A stretch of 64,000 nt of DNA. Origin: Eukaryota sp. TZLM1-RC (taxonomy: Eukaryota; Protista; Metamonada: BaSk clade). Every line of letters starts with the position of its first letter. The first letter of the stretch is position 1. Both the position numbers and the translations under genes were made by a program. The notes under the pieces are model-generated. The model ran no database searches and was not told the DNA's origin. It was given only the letters and a program-made list of their open reading frames with translations. Shown piece after piece: positions 10,021 to 21,204 of the stretch. Location: contig JAUPSS010000002.1 of the NCBI GenBank assembly GCA_040285825.1, positions 2,728,001-2,792,000 on the forward strand. The letters are read 5' to 3'.

Positions 10021-10717
10021 TTATTTTTATTATTAGAATTAGAATTTTGTGATCATTTGAATGTTTTTGCTATTTGTGCGAGTTTCCTGATTATAGCTCT
10101 GTGAAGTCATGTTTGAATACAGTTTTTTTTCAAGTTCTACGGTCTAAAATTATTTTCAATAAATAAAAGTGCTGCAATTGTTTTCAAAATCAAAAATAAT
10201 CAATTTTAAACCATGACATTAGGAAATGTAAGAAGTCATTACGGATTACAAGTATAATTAGTAAAATACACATTCAAATAAATTCACCCCTTGCAAGAAT
10301 TGTTTCTACTCCACTTCCTCAGTCAAAAGCAATTTTTTAATATAAAATTTTAGAAAAACTTTCAGAGAATTGGAATTATAAACAGTATTTGTCGGATGTC
10401 AGTAAAACTCACAAAGCAATTAGAAACATACATCACTAAAGTTTCTGAAAAAGAATTCTTCAAGTAACCAATCAACTTTAACAATTCTACTTGAGTGTAA
10501 TTTTCCTTAGATATTAACTTCAATAAAGTTTGTTTGGTCCTCTCTTTAGAAATATTCATCACCTTTTTCCCTGTCATCTGAACTATGAAAGCCAGTTTGT
10601 GAAATAACTACAGGTCTTTCTAAATCATGTGCTAAATTTCTTTTTTTGTGTGAATTAATAATTCTCAATGATAATTCTTTTTGAAAATAAGCTAAGTTAC
10701 CAAGTGGGAAGATTTTT

Positions 10718-11235
10718 TGATCGAACTCGGTGAGTGTGCACGGAGTGCGCACTCGCACTCCTTTGAGTGCGTAATTTATGTTTGAAATGAAAATGAAATC
10801 TTTTTACTACTTTGTATTCAATATAATAACTTTTACCTTCGGTTTTGGAAGATGAAGTTGTTGCAAGAGACGATAAAGATGAAAAGACCAATGAATTGTT
10901 TATGGATGAAAGTGTTCTTGAAGATGAATTTTCTGAGGATATGTTATTTGTGGATGCTATTTTTAGTAATGGACATGAAGGAGAGCACCATTTTCCGATT
11001 TTCAGTGTTCATAGTGAATGATTTCTGGCAAATTTGTGATTAGTTTAATTTGCATAAGTATTTATAATTGATGAAATAAACTTTTTTTCAAAACTCTATA
11101 TAGCATTATGAAATAAGTTTGCTGATAAATAATCTTATAGGATAAAATGAACGCACTCAAGTGAGTTCGTTCGACTGGTCGAACTCTGTGTGCACTCAGT
11201 GCGAGTGCGAGTTTGAGTTAGAAAATAAGTGACTG
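10718..11235. mobile_element. Probable non-autonomous DNA-transposon remnant with palindromic subterminal repeats
   Basis: Clusters of GAGTGCG/GAGTTCG motifs at 10720-10772 and 11150-11215 in roughly inverted arrangement; the right end reads CAGTCACTT on the minus strand. Confidence 0.5.
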
Positions 11236-11304
11236 ACAACATTTCCCTCATATTGTCATAGCAGCCACTAGCAACTTGCTTAGTTGTAGGCATCTTCATT
11301 ATTA

Positions 11305-13296
11305 ATGAATACACCCCCTCCTCCTTCTACTAAACGACCAAAGGGACGACGTCCCCCTCAAAGTCGACCAGTACCTTCTGCTTTCAAAAACAAAACTCCA
11401 CAATCCTCTCATGAAACGTCCACATCTCTGAAAAAAACCATGTCTACCTTGGATCTTTCTGATAAAACTCCAGCAAAACCTGTCGATCAACTTGACCTCA
11501 ATTCGGAAGATCTTGAAACTGACATTCAGCGAATCTTGACGACCCAAAACCCCCAATCCGTCCACAACATTGTCTCTTTCAACCGTGCTGTTGTTGACGG
11601 CCATCCAGTCAACGCGTTTGTTCCCACTTCTAGTATCAACCAGTCCGAAACCCATTTCTCCCTTGACGGTCCCCTTATTCCTGCCGCTTCCCCTGACCCA
11701 ATCACCCCCAGTCCTGCTCTTCTTACTCGCAACCAATTTAACTTTATTGACAGGGGTACCCAATCTGAACCCACCTTTCACCCAAAAGTTGATGCCTCTA
11801 CATCAGTTCATGTCTCAAAAAGTAAGATCTTCAGTGGTACTAGCAATAGGGGAGCAATCTATGATGCCTATGTGGACCATAATAATCCAAACAAAAATGA
11901 AAAGAAGAATGAATTATCTCCTCATTCAAAAGCTTTCATTATTGCGGAAAGAATGACGCTTCAAAATTCATTTGCTGACGTGATTTGCGACCTTCATTCT
12001 TTTGATCATTTAGGGGATAATAACCCCATGGAGGCTTCCGTTTTGCCCCTATGGAAACTTTCTCCTTTTGGAAAGTGCGATGACGTGCCTAGGTCAAAAT
12101 CATTGAGAACCGTAACTGCAGTAGCAATCAATCCAAAGTACAATGATTTGATTGCTGTAGGACTAGGTTCTTTAGATTTCTCTATCCAAGGCGGTGGAGC
12201 AATTGTTCTATTTTCACTTAAATCGCCCTCACACCCTCTTTCTGTTCTTAGGGTTTTCGATGCTGGTGTTCTTTGTCTTTCTTGGAATGAAACTTTCCCA
12301 GAGTTACTGGCTGTTGGCCTTTATAATGGATCAGTTGGCGTTGTTGACTGTCAGTCGACTCAATCAATCAAAATGATTACAAGATCAACTGCCGGTGGTG
12401 GAAAACACTCAGATTCTTGCTGGACAGTTCAATGGTTAAATTCTTCAATCAAATCTGATGAGGAAACTGAAATTGTTCCAACTATAATATCAATTGGCTC
12501 TGATGGTCGCGTTCTTTCCTGGCAACTAGTTCAAAATTCACTGCTCAAAAAAGAAATTTCTAAATTGTCAGACGAAAAGGGATCAAGTCTTTTACTTTCT
12601 TGTCTTGATTTTTCTCCTTTTGATCCTAGAATTTTCTTGGTTGGTACTGAAAATGGCCAAGTCTACCAATGTTCATTAGCTTCAAGTGGTCCTTTATTCC
12701 AGTATCAGTCTCATGACCTGGTGGTATCTTCAGTCCAATGGTCACCTTTTTGCCAAGATGTTTTTCTTTCTTGCTCTGCTGACTGGAGTTTGAGACTCTA
12801 CTCCACCTCATCGAAAAGTTGCCTACTTTCATTTGATCTCGGTGGTGGAGTCACGGATCTTGCATGGTCTCCTCTGTGCTCTACCATATTCTGTGCTACC
12901 GTTCAAACAGGTCGCTTGTATGGATTTGATTTAGGCAAGTCTTGCCATTCTCCTATATGCAATCAAGTTATTAGTGAAAAAGCAGGCCTTTCTAGGGTTG
13001 AGTTTAATAATACTTTTAAAATAGTTTGTGTGGGAGATGAAAGGGGTAATTGCCATATACTAAAGCTTTCTCCCAATTTAAGACCTGATGTCAGGCAGCA
13101 ATTTGAAAGTAAAAGCACGGAGAATATAAAAATTGCACTTACTCTTGAAGAATTGGAAAGAATGAATGGTAACAATGACCAAAAGGATGAAGAATCGTTG
13201 TCGGTCGAGGAGAAGGTAAAACAAAGTCAAATTGAATCGTTGGTTAAAATTATTGATTTAGCAAGGAAAACTAGGGATATTGTTAATGGAAATTAA
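11305..13296 (+). CDS. DNAI1: Axonemal outer-arm dynein intermediate chain 1 (IC78/DNAI1), WD40
   Basis: RNQFNFIDRGTQ, ERMTLQN, LPLWK, DLIAVGLGSLDF..Q, FSLKSPSHP, KHSD..W, FLVGTENG, FLSCSADW, LKLSPNLR. Confidence 0.92.
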   Translation: MNTPPPPSTKRPKGRRPPQSRPVPSAFKNKTPQSSHETSTSLKKTMSTLDLSDKTPAKPVDQLDLNSEDLETDIQRILTTQNPQSVHNIVSFNRAVVDGHPVNAFVPTSSINQSETHFSLDGPLIPAASPDPITPSPALLTRNQFNFIDRGTQSEPTFHPKVDASTSVHVSKSKIFSGTSNRGAIYDAYVDHNNPNKNEKKNELSPHSKAFIIAERMTLQNSFADVICDLHSFDHLGDNNPMEASVLPLWKLSPFGKCDDVPRSKSLRTVTAVAINPKYNDLIAVGLGSLDFSIQGGGAIVLFSLKSPSHPLSVLRVFDAGVLCLSWNETFPELLAVGLYNGSVGVVDCQSTQSIKMITRSTAGGGKHSDSCWTVQWLNSSIKSDEETEIVPTIISIGSDGRVLSWQLVQNSLLKKEISKLSDEKGSSLLLSCLDFSPFDPRIFLVGTENGQVYQCSLASSGPLFQYQSHDLVVSSVQWSPFCQDVFLSCSADWSLRLYSTSSKSCLLSFDLGGGVTDLAWSPLCSTIFCATVQTGRLYGFDLGKSCHSPICNQVISEKAGLSRVEFNNTFKIVCVGDERGNCHILKLSPNLRPDVRQQFESKSTENIKIALTLEELERMNGNNDQKDEESLSVEEKVKQSQIESLVKIIDLARKTRDIVNGN

Positions 13297-13367
13297 CTTT
13301 AATAAACTGTAATTTAATTTAAATAATTTCAATTTTTCATTTATTTACAGGTTGAATTTCACATATT

Positions 13368-13754
13368 CTAACGAAATCCATTCATCATACCACTAGCAAC
13401 TTGTTCCTTCCGTAAAGCAATGGCAAGTGGTAGACCAAGGATTAATGCAGCTGAGGATGCTTTGAAAAGTGGTGGACCTATTTTGGAAGAGCTTTCTTGA
13501 ACACGTGTAGTCACGTTGTTTCTAAAAGTTCGAAGCTTATGCCTGGTACTCAGCGGTATGGCTTTAGTGTATATAGATAAAGGGGAAACCCTGGAGAGAC
13601 TATCCATGAGGTGTAGTGAACTCTTAAACAAAGACTGATGCCTTTTAGTTGAACGAGTTACAGAACCATCATCATCCTGTAGGGGAGTGTGATATTGTTC
13701 AGGTGATGAATTGTTAGATGAAGATGATGATCGTGTTAAACGTAAAGGGTCCAT
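13368..13754 (-). CDS. Small single-TM protein resembling mitochondrial import receptor Tom22
   Basis: AIPLSTRHKL ... LFKASSAALILGLPLAIALRKEQ matches the Tom22 pattern (IP..R; (W)xxSS/TTALxLGxPL...EQ). 128 aa; AATAAA downstream. Confidence 0.6.
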   Translation of the reverse strand: MDPLRLTRSSSSSNNSSPEQYHTPLQDDDGSVTRSTKRHQSLFKSSLHLMDSLSRVSPLSIYTKAIPLSTRHKLRTFRNNVTTRVQESSSKIGPPLFKASSAALILGLPLAIALRKEQVASGMMNGFR

Positions 13755-14469
13755 TACGTTTTTCTACAGGATTGATTCCGGAAGGGAAAAATAATACTTT
13801 TTCCAACGCATCTGGAATGCATTGCGTACCAGTAGAATTTAGCCATTGCTTCTTCATTGTTGAGTTGGGTAGTCACTTCACTGGTTACAGTATTAATCAA
13901 TGTGAATTCTGATTCATGGGAAAACAATCCCATCTAACAGGTGAACATACATAATAACTAAATTGGAAAATTTCAAAACATGCCAAACTTCTGGTGAATC
14001 ACAGTGCTTTTACATGCTATTTAAATCATTACCTCAGCTGTCTTCATTTCTTTCTAATGTGCTAATTTTGCATTTTTGTTCTTTGGAAATTCAAGTTTTT
14101 GTTAAGTTGGAAGTAAATGTTTTCTTTCACTGTGTTGAAATCTTTTTACACTAAACAATTCCATCGGTTTTACATTATTGGTGCAGTTTTTGATATTATT
14201 CTTGAATCAAATTCATGCTTACCTAAAACTGAATAAATGACATAACTCAAATATAATTTACATTAAGCACATCCTTTGAATACAAATGTAACCATGAATA
14301 CAACCTTATTGTACATCTAAAAGAAACGTTTTGTTGTGACACAGTATAAACAAAACAACCAACAAAAGTGGCTGATATTTGAACTTCATGATCGATACGA
14401 TGGACAATGAGGGGGAAAAAGTTCAGACATGATAGTATGTTCAATTTCATCAATAAACACATTCAAAGA

Positions 14470-14586
14470 CGATAACCATGCTCTATCTTTAAAGGGTGGG
14501 ATTTAAAGACTTCTCTAATGGATACAGTATGGGGTACTTTGTTATATGGTGTTACATATATGGCGTTGCAAACCTTAAAACGGTAA
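14470..14586 (+). pseudogene. C-terminal scrap of a DUF2177-like membrane protein
   Basis: NHA[2-nt insertion]IFKGWDLKTSLMDTVWGTLLYGVTYMALQTLKR*. Confidence 0.5.
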
Positions 14587-14817
14587 GATGACAAAACCAT
14601 ACCTTAATGTTGGGTGTCTCTTTTAAAATTCTAATAGCACACATCCCAAACAACCTAATATTGATCAATTTCTTATATATTTGACTATGCAAAAACAACA
14701 CCTCAATGACAGCACTAACGGAGGGACCATACATTATTCAATTTTCGGTACCAATTAAATTTGCAAGAAAAGTTTGTACAATATTGGTCAAATAGTAAGA
14801 TACTATATTGAATGTCG

Positions 14818-14896
14818 TGTTGCCTAAAGTCTATTGTAGTAAAGAAAAGTCTGATTTATTTTCTATTCATATTATATAAGCCTTAGGGCGCCAACA
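14818..14896 (-). repeat. 3' LTR (79 bp) of the Gypsy element
   Basis: Minus strand TGTTGGCGCCCTAAGG...CTTTAGGCAACA, with TGTTG/CAACA termini, internal TATATAA and AATAAA, directly after a polypurine tract. Confidence 0.7.
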
Positions 14897-14914
14897 CTGC
14901 TTCTTCCCTTTTTC
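14897..14914 (-). other. Polypurine tract (PPT)
   Basis: GAAAAAGGGAAGAAGCAG lies ~95 nt after the pol stop and abuts the TG of the LTR. Confidence 0.8.
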
Positions 14915-15007
14915 AAAATAAATCAGCTTATATGAATATGAAATAAAAACTATATACAAATAACGAAATAACTACAATAAATACATATAATCGATATAAA
15001 CTAAGAA

Positions 15008-18000
15008 TTAGCTCCTTTTCCTAATTCTATTGCTGCGTCTAGGCTTCTTAGAAGGCGTAGACTCATTGGAGGTACCTTGTCGTCGACTAATGGTACGTTT
15101 TCCAATTTTCTTATTGTCCTTACTAAATAACTTATAAGCTTCTGAGTGTTTAACTGAATGGAGTGGCTCTTCCGTTGTCTCACCGCCAAACCACTGAACA
15201 GTACAGAAACTATCTGAATCAGAGTGGTATTCTGAGAGGATTTTCTCTATAACGTGTTTTTCGGAATCGCCTGCAGCGACTGCTTTGAGGAACTCAATGT
15301 CCTGTGGATTTTCTGCGTTATAGATTTTGCAATCTTTCTTGGCAGCTTTTAATTCTGTGCCAGTAGTAAGATTCTTCAACAATAAAGTAGATTTGGATGG
15401 AAGGTCAATAACTAAGAATGGTCCATTCCAAGATCCATGCAATTTATTATTTTGCTTGGTTTTACGTAAGACGTAGTCACCAATATTAAATGCTAAAAAA
15501 CACGAATTAGTATTATCTACTGAAGACGGAGTATTTAATGTTTGGTGACGCTCTGCTTCTTCCCTTTTTTCTTGTAGACGAGTGTTTTTCATTTTGATGT
15601 CATCTAATAAGGGGATATTAGTTTCCAATTTGGATAAATTTCCTAATATATTAGCAGGGTCTGTTCTTGGGCTAATCGAAGAACCGAACATGAGTTCGTA
15701 TGGGGTAAAACCAGTTTATCTGCTTTTAGTAGAATTTATTAACAGTTGGGATATAAGTACGTAGGTAGACCAATTTCTGTAATCATTGAAATCTATTAAT
15801 AGTTTCCTTAAGCATTGGAGAACGTCTCTATGTTTACGTTCTACAAGTCCATTACTTTCTGAATAGTGGGGAATTGAGTTACTCGTCTCAATCGCTAATC
15901 TGTTACACACTATTTTAAAAGTCTCGTTGGCGAACTCAGGTCCATTATCACTATGAATTAACATAGGTATGCCAAAGATAGCACAAACATTCCAAATCAA
16001 GGCATCTGCGGTTTCTAAGGCATTGAGTTCTTTTAGAGGGACTAAGATTGTATATCCAGTAAAAGAGTCTACAAATACTAATAGATATTTATTTCCTTCG
16101 TTGTCAGAATTTAGGGGTCCAATTGTATCGACGTTTAATCTGGCAAAAGGACGATCTGCCCATAAAGATCCTGTGGAAGGTGTTTTTGATCTTTTAACTG
16201 GAGCCGTTTTTTGACAAGTTGGGCATCTTTTGACATGATTAATGAGGTCCTTTCTCATATTGGGCCAGTAGAAATCGCTCTTGGATAGTTTGTGTAAACT
16301 ATCGTTTTTGCTAGGGTGACCAGATTGAACCAAACCATGTATTAAAAGTAGTGCCTGTTTTCTGAGGCTCTTTGGAATCAAAATTTTGTTTTTATTATTT
16401 TTCCAAATTTGAGTATTTTCATCTAGAATTGCATTTTCAAATAACGAGTCGTTGTTGTTTTTGGCTATTTGTTGTTCGGATCTTATCTTAGAGAACCAAG
16501 AAGAAAAAATAGGTAGGTCTTGGTGTCTACTTGGAGATGAGATTGATGGGATGTCTTCAAGATCCGAATCAGAATCATCGTCTAGTGGAGGTATCTCGTA
16601 ATTTGAAAGTAAAGTATCTGGTATATTTATGCTACAAATAGAAGGAGTTTCCTCGTTTTGATCCAAATCAATATTCCTCGATAACATATCTGCCCAATAG
16701 TTGTCTTCACCAGGTTCGTGGACTATGTCAAAGTCGAATTCAGATAGTATCGGCAGCCATCTCTTTACAATTCTATTTTTCTCTGGGGCTGTAGCCAGGA
16801 ATGCAATGTTTTTATGATCTGTGAAAATTGTTAAATGTCTAGTTAACAAGTAGCTTTCTAAGCAACTTTCAGTTAAAATCAAAAGTATTGCATATAATTC
16901 TTTTTGTAAAGTGGACCATTTTCTTTGTGTTTCTGTAAGTAATCTACTATAGAATGACAAAGGTTTTACTTTCCTTTTATTTAGCGGGGTTCCTGCAGGG
17001 GAGTAGGGTTCAATTTCTTGCCAAATAACACCTCCTACTGCTACACCTGAAGCGTCAGTACTTATCAATACTCGCTTGCCCGGAGCTGGTAATTCAAGGG
17101 GTATGTGGTTTACTATTAAGTCTTTTATTTGTTTTAAGTAATCGTCATGCTTGCTAGTCCATTTAATTATTCTGGGTTTTCCTTTAATTAGCTCGTTAAT
17201 TGGAGCAATTAATTCAGAAATACCTGGAAGCCAATCTCTAATAAAATTGATGGATCCTACCAATGAACGAACTTCTTTCACTGTTTTTGGTCTAGGGATT
17301 CTCATCAAGGCTTCGATTTTTTTGTTAATAATAAATCTAGTTTTATCCTGGAAGGTACTTCCTAGAATGTCGATAGGGAGTTTTGATGTTACGAATTTAC
17401 ATTTACGTAAGCCTATATTTACACGTCTATTTCTGGCGCATTGGAGGACTCTTTGTAATCTCTTATAAAATTCTTCGAATGTCGTTCCAACTATTATGAT
17501 ATCGTCAATGTATATGAAAACGCCGTCTATTTGGAAAATTTCCATCATTACGTTTTGAAAAACTGCTGGGCTGTTCTTTAATCCGAAGCAAGCTCTTTTA
17601 AACATGATTGACCTTCCAGGAATTGAGATTGATGTTTTCTCAATATCCTTATCAGCTGCATTCATCTGCCAGAAAGCTTTTGGTAAATCAAGCGTGGCAA
17701 TGTAATTTGCTCTACTCAAAAATTCGAAAATATCGCTAATCCTAGGTAGATTAGGCTCTACTGAAATCGTGTGGGTATTAACTCCATCTTTACCACTAAA
17801 GTCTCCAGTTAACCTGGGTTTCTTGCCGTCAGGATATATAACTAAGACAATAGGAGAGCTGAATTTATAATTAGATTCAACAGCATAACCCATTTCGATC
17901 AGTTCATCAAATATTTTGTTTGCTATTTCCATTTTGCTGGGATTTAACCGTCTAGCAGGCTTGTGTAGTATAGCATTCTCATCTCTAAAGGGGATTGTTA

Positions 18001-20932
18001 GAGGATTGCAATCGATTCCTTTTCTATTAGGAGTTTCACTAAAAACATCGCTGAATAATTTTAGTAGACTCGTTAATTTTAATTTATTATTACTATCATG
18101 TAAATTTATCTCACATCCAGATCTTGCTAATTGCTCCTCAAAATGAGAAGGACTTTGTGATTGGTTATCTAAGTTCCCAATCGAATGTTGAGCGATCCTA
18201 GAGTCGAATTCTGATTCTGCATTTAGCAAAGTGCGGTGTTCTTTGTCTAATCTAATGAAAAGACCATCATCCGTCTGAAGCCCAAGTGCTTTTAACATGT
18301 CTGTCCCTATTAATAATTTGTTTGAACCCGGGATTATGGAAAGAGTATGTTTATAATGAACTTGTTGCGCAATGCTTCCTACGTTGAACGACAAAATACC
18401 ATGTGCACTCCCAAGCGATTTTGTGGATACGTTATTAGCTGGTAAGAACTTAATAGTGTCCTTACTATTGATTGACATGTGGCATTGTTCAGCTAAATCT
18501 GCAGTAATAACTGAACAAAACGCAGCCGAATCTATAGTCGCAATCATTTTAATATCATTTATTGATATCTCCAGTCTTAGAAATGGAGAACGCTGGGACC
18601 TGATGTGGTTTTCACTAACCGTAGAATTAATATCAAAAATACTATTGATATCAGAGCTGGATTGGTGAATTTGTAGAGGAATTCGAAGATTTTGTTGAGC
18701 TGTTGGAAAGTTGTTGACTGGGTTTCCTAAATCGGTTGTTGATTGATTGTGATTGATTGCGTTGATGTGTACCCGATTAGGTATGTTGCCTGTCCTGCTG
18801 TTGCGGTTGCTGTTGTTGATCCGTCTCTGAGGAACCGTACTCGAACTGGTTGGTTTTGACTCAGTAGGGGATACGTTTGATGTTATATCCTCTGTAGTGT
18901 TAATGATATAAATAGGTCTGTACTGGCCTCTTCCTTTATGACCTCTAAAACGGCCCCCACGGCCTCCAAATTTGAATCTATGTATACGTCTACCACGGCC
19001 ACCTCGGCCCCTTTCTACACTGCCTCTACTAGCAGGCGCCTCCTGTTCTTTTAGTCTCAATCTTTCTTCTTTGGGAACTCTGCTTCTAGCACAACGAGGA
19101 TCTTTGCATTCGAAAACAGTGTGGCCAACAGGATTTTTACCTTCGACGTTGCTGCAGAATGTACAGAATTTTGACCCTTCTCGTTCATGCTTTTCAGGGA
19201 TGTATTTGTGTTGAGGGGTTCCTTGACTTCTTGACTTCCCACCTGATCGTCTTGCTCGTTTTGATGGAGCCTGGGCTGATGGTGTGACTCCTCTTGAGTA
19301 AGTTATCATCGCCGTGAGTCCCAAAGGAATATCTTCTTCGTTAGCCCTGTTCCTTAATACATCCATTGTGGGTTTGTTTCCTGCTGTGTAACACCAAGCG
19401 AGGAAGTGTCTTCTCGTTGTCGATATCAAATCGAGTAGAGTTGTTCTGTTTGGTGAGTCCCACAAGGATTCCTTAGTCCATACTGGGAGGAGTTCACTCG
19501 AAGCAAAGTTATCCAAACCCACAAGAAAGTACTCGGTTATTAGAGCGGGAGATATGGTTATCAGCCCACTGCTTCCTCTAATTAAATCGGGGATGGTTAG
19601 GTCGGTCATGTAGGTGGTCATTCTCAAGACGTCTCCACAATTTTCTACATAACGACCAAACTCGTTGTCAGCCTCATGCCTATTGTGGATTTTTCTCCAG
19701 TTAATTCTAGGCTTCATAAGAGCTGCAGGCCTCGTGATATGATGTGAATTGTGTTCTTTTTAACAGAAATACCATGACTTCGGCGTCGGTATAATCAACA
19801 CCGAGTAAACCTTGACTTTGCCATCTGGATAGAAGGCTAGGGTCAATCATGCTGGATATTCCTGTAGGGCAAGTGCTCATCATCATGCTCCTAAATAAAT
19901 CATAATGGTGGATTGGGGGTCTGAGCTTATCTGTTATAGCTGGGTCAATCCTTACCAAAGGCTGTGTTGTATCCCTGGTGATCTCGTCGCGTATATGTTT
20001 GGGGAGATCTTTAATCCTATCTTGGGTTATTGCTGCTTGGCCTTCTCCAAATAGCTGGGTAGCTATCATAAAGGCTCTGGTCCAATCTGATTGACCTGTG
20101 GCTTCAAAGCTTCTATTAGCTATCTTTCGCCCGTATTTATTCCAAGTTTGATATTTTAAAAGAAAAGCTATGATAGACATTTTGTTGATAGGGTCATCAG
20201 CGGATAATCGAGGTCTTTTATAGTCGATATCCTTAGACCATGGATCAATCTGTCTATGAAGGCTACTAGCTATGCTCATGTCAATAGCTCTTCCTGAGGA
20301 TTGTAGGTCCTCAATACGCATAGATCTGTCGGAAGAAGAGTTTCTTACTGAGGGTTGAGGAGGAGCTGTTTCTCCAACGACTGGCCCGTTCAACTCTATG
20401 TCTTCTCCGATTTCACATTCCATAGGTTGAGAGGAAGATGGTTCTTCCTGAGGAGCAACGTCTTGTCTAGTTACAGGTTCCGGGACGTTCACTGTTGGAA
20501 CGTGTTCGATATGCTGTCAATAGAGCAGACCTGTAGTGGTTGGCTTTTTTCAGAAATTATAGGGGCTACAACAGGCAGTTTGGGAAGGTGGAGAGATGTG
20601 GATGGATCTCCCGTTACCCATTGTCTAAACTCTCGTTGTTTCGTGAACGAGTTACCATGTTGTTGGATGTAGTTGTTAGGGCGGCTCCTATACGTGGATA
20701 CAGCTGATCGTTCCGTATGAATGTTATTTAAAGCGTCTGCATCAAACCAGGGTGTTACCGGTTCAAGCTTGTCTGGTTCACCACTATCCTTCTGTTCCAT
20801 AAATTCCCTAAAATATGTGGGAGCACCCTCTGTCAGCTCCGTGTAATTATGGATTTCCGTATCAAAGTTAGTATCAAACCAGGCAGGCAATTTGGATTGT
20901 AGGATGTCTTCCGAGTCGGTCCTACTTCTCTG
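15008..20932 (-). pseudogene. gag-pol polyprotein broken by two frameshifts (~20500, ~19720) and one in-frame TAA (15716-15718)
   Basis: NSTKSR*TGFTPYELMFG continues in frame across the stop. The ORFs starting at 20998 and 19717 share a frame, and the middle ORF (19707-20492) is shifted by -1. Confidence 0.85.
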
Positions 20933-21181
20933 CTCGAGGATTTTGTTGTAGTTGTAAAGGAAAGAACTGGAAGAATTTTCAATCGTGTTTACTGACAAAA
21001 TAGGATTGTATTTTCTATCTTTAAGGGAATGGTAAAACTAATTTCTGATTCACTCTCTTCTTTTGGGAAATTTTCTGAATCTTCAGCAATTAATTGTTGT
21101 GATGTAGGGGAGGCAGATTTTGAGGATGTGGATTTTTAGTTGTGTATTTCATGTTTTGATATTTTTTGTTAAATGAATAAA
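20933..21181 (+). mobile_element. RLE retrotransposon 3' end joined head-to-head to the truncated Gypsy gag
   Basis: LEDFVVVVKERTGRIFNRVY*QNRIVFSIFKG...EDVDF*; closely similar to 24260-24480 on the minus strand. Confidence 0.85.
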
Positions 21182-21204
21182 ATATATCGTGTCAAAATTA
21201 AACA

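Larger units (their letters stand above)
14818..20938 (-). mobile_element. Ty3/Gypsy LTR retrotransposon with chromodomain; 5'-truncated and inactivated
   Basis: Order gag - PR (IDSAA) - RT (LDLPKAFWQ, FGLKNSP, YIDDI) - RNase H (TDAS, ELYAI, TDHKN) - IN (H/GH/CPTC; VDTIGP, SDNG, VER) - GPF - chromodomain (VIEKIL..VQW..TEEP). Confidence 0.95.

Noticed and set aside
13934-13950. GTATGTTCACCTGTTAG (minus strand) as a 17-nt micro-intron
   Set aside because: Too short, and lacks the A at -7 seen in the four supported introns.
15716-15718. In-frame TAA in integrase (also 56777 in Fanzor and ~3505 in an RLE copy) as stop-codon reassignment or readthrough
   Set aside because: Host genes end in TAA, TAG and TGA, the 9,592-codon ORF has no internal stop, and the stops occur only in otherwise decayed elements at positions needing different residues.
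20933-20998. Start of gag at 20998 as given by the ORF track
   Set aside because: This stretch is the antisense of an RLE tail; the true gag start, PBS and 5' LTR are missing.
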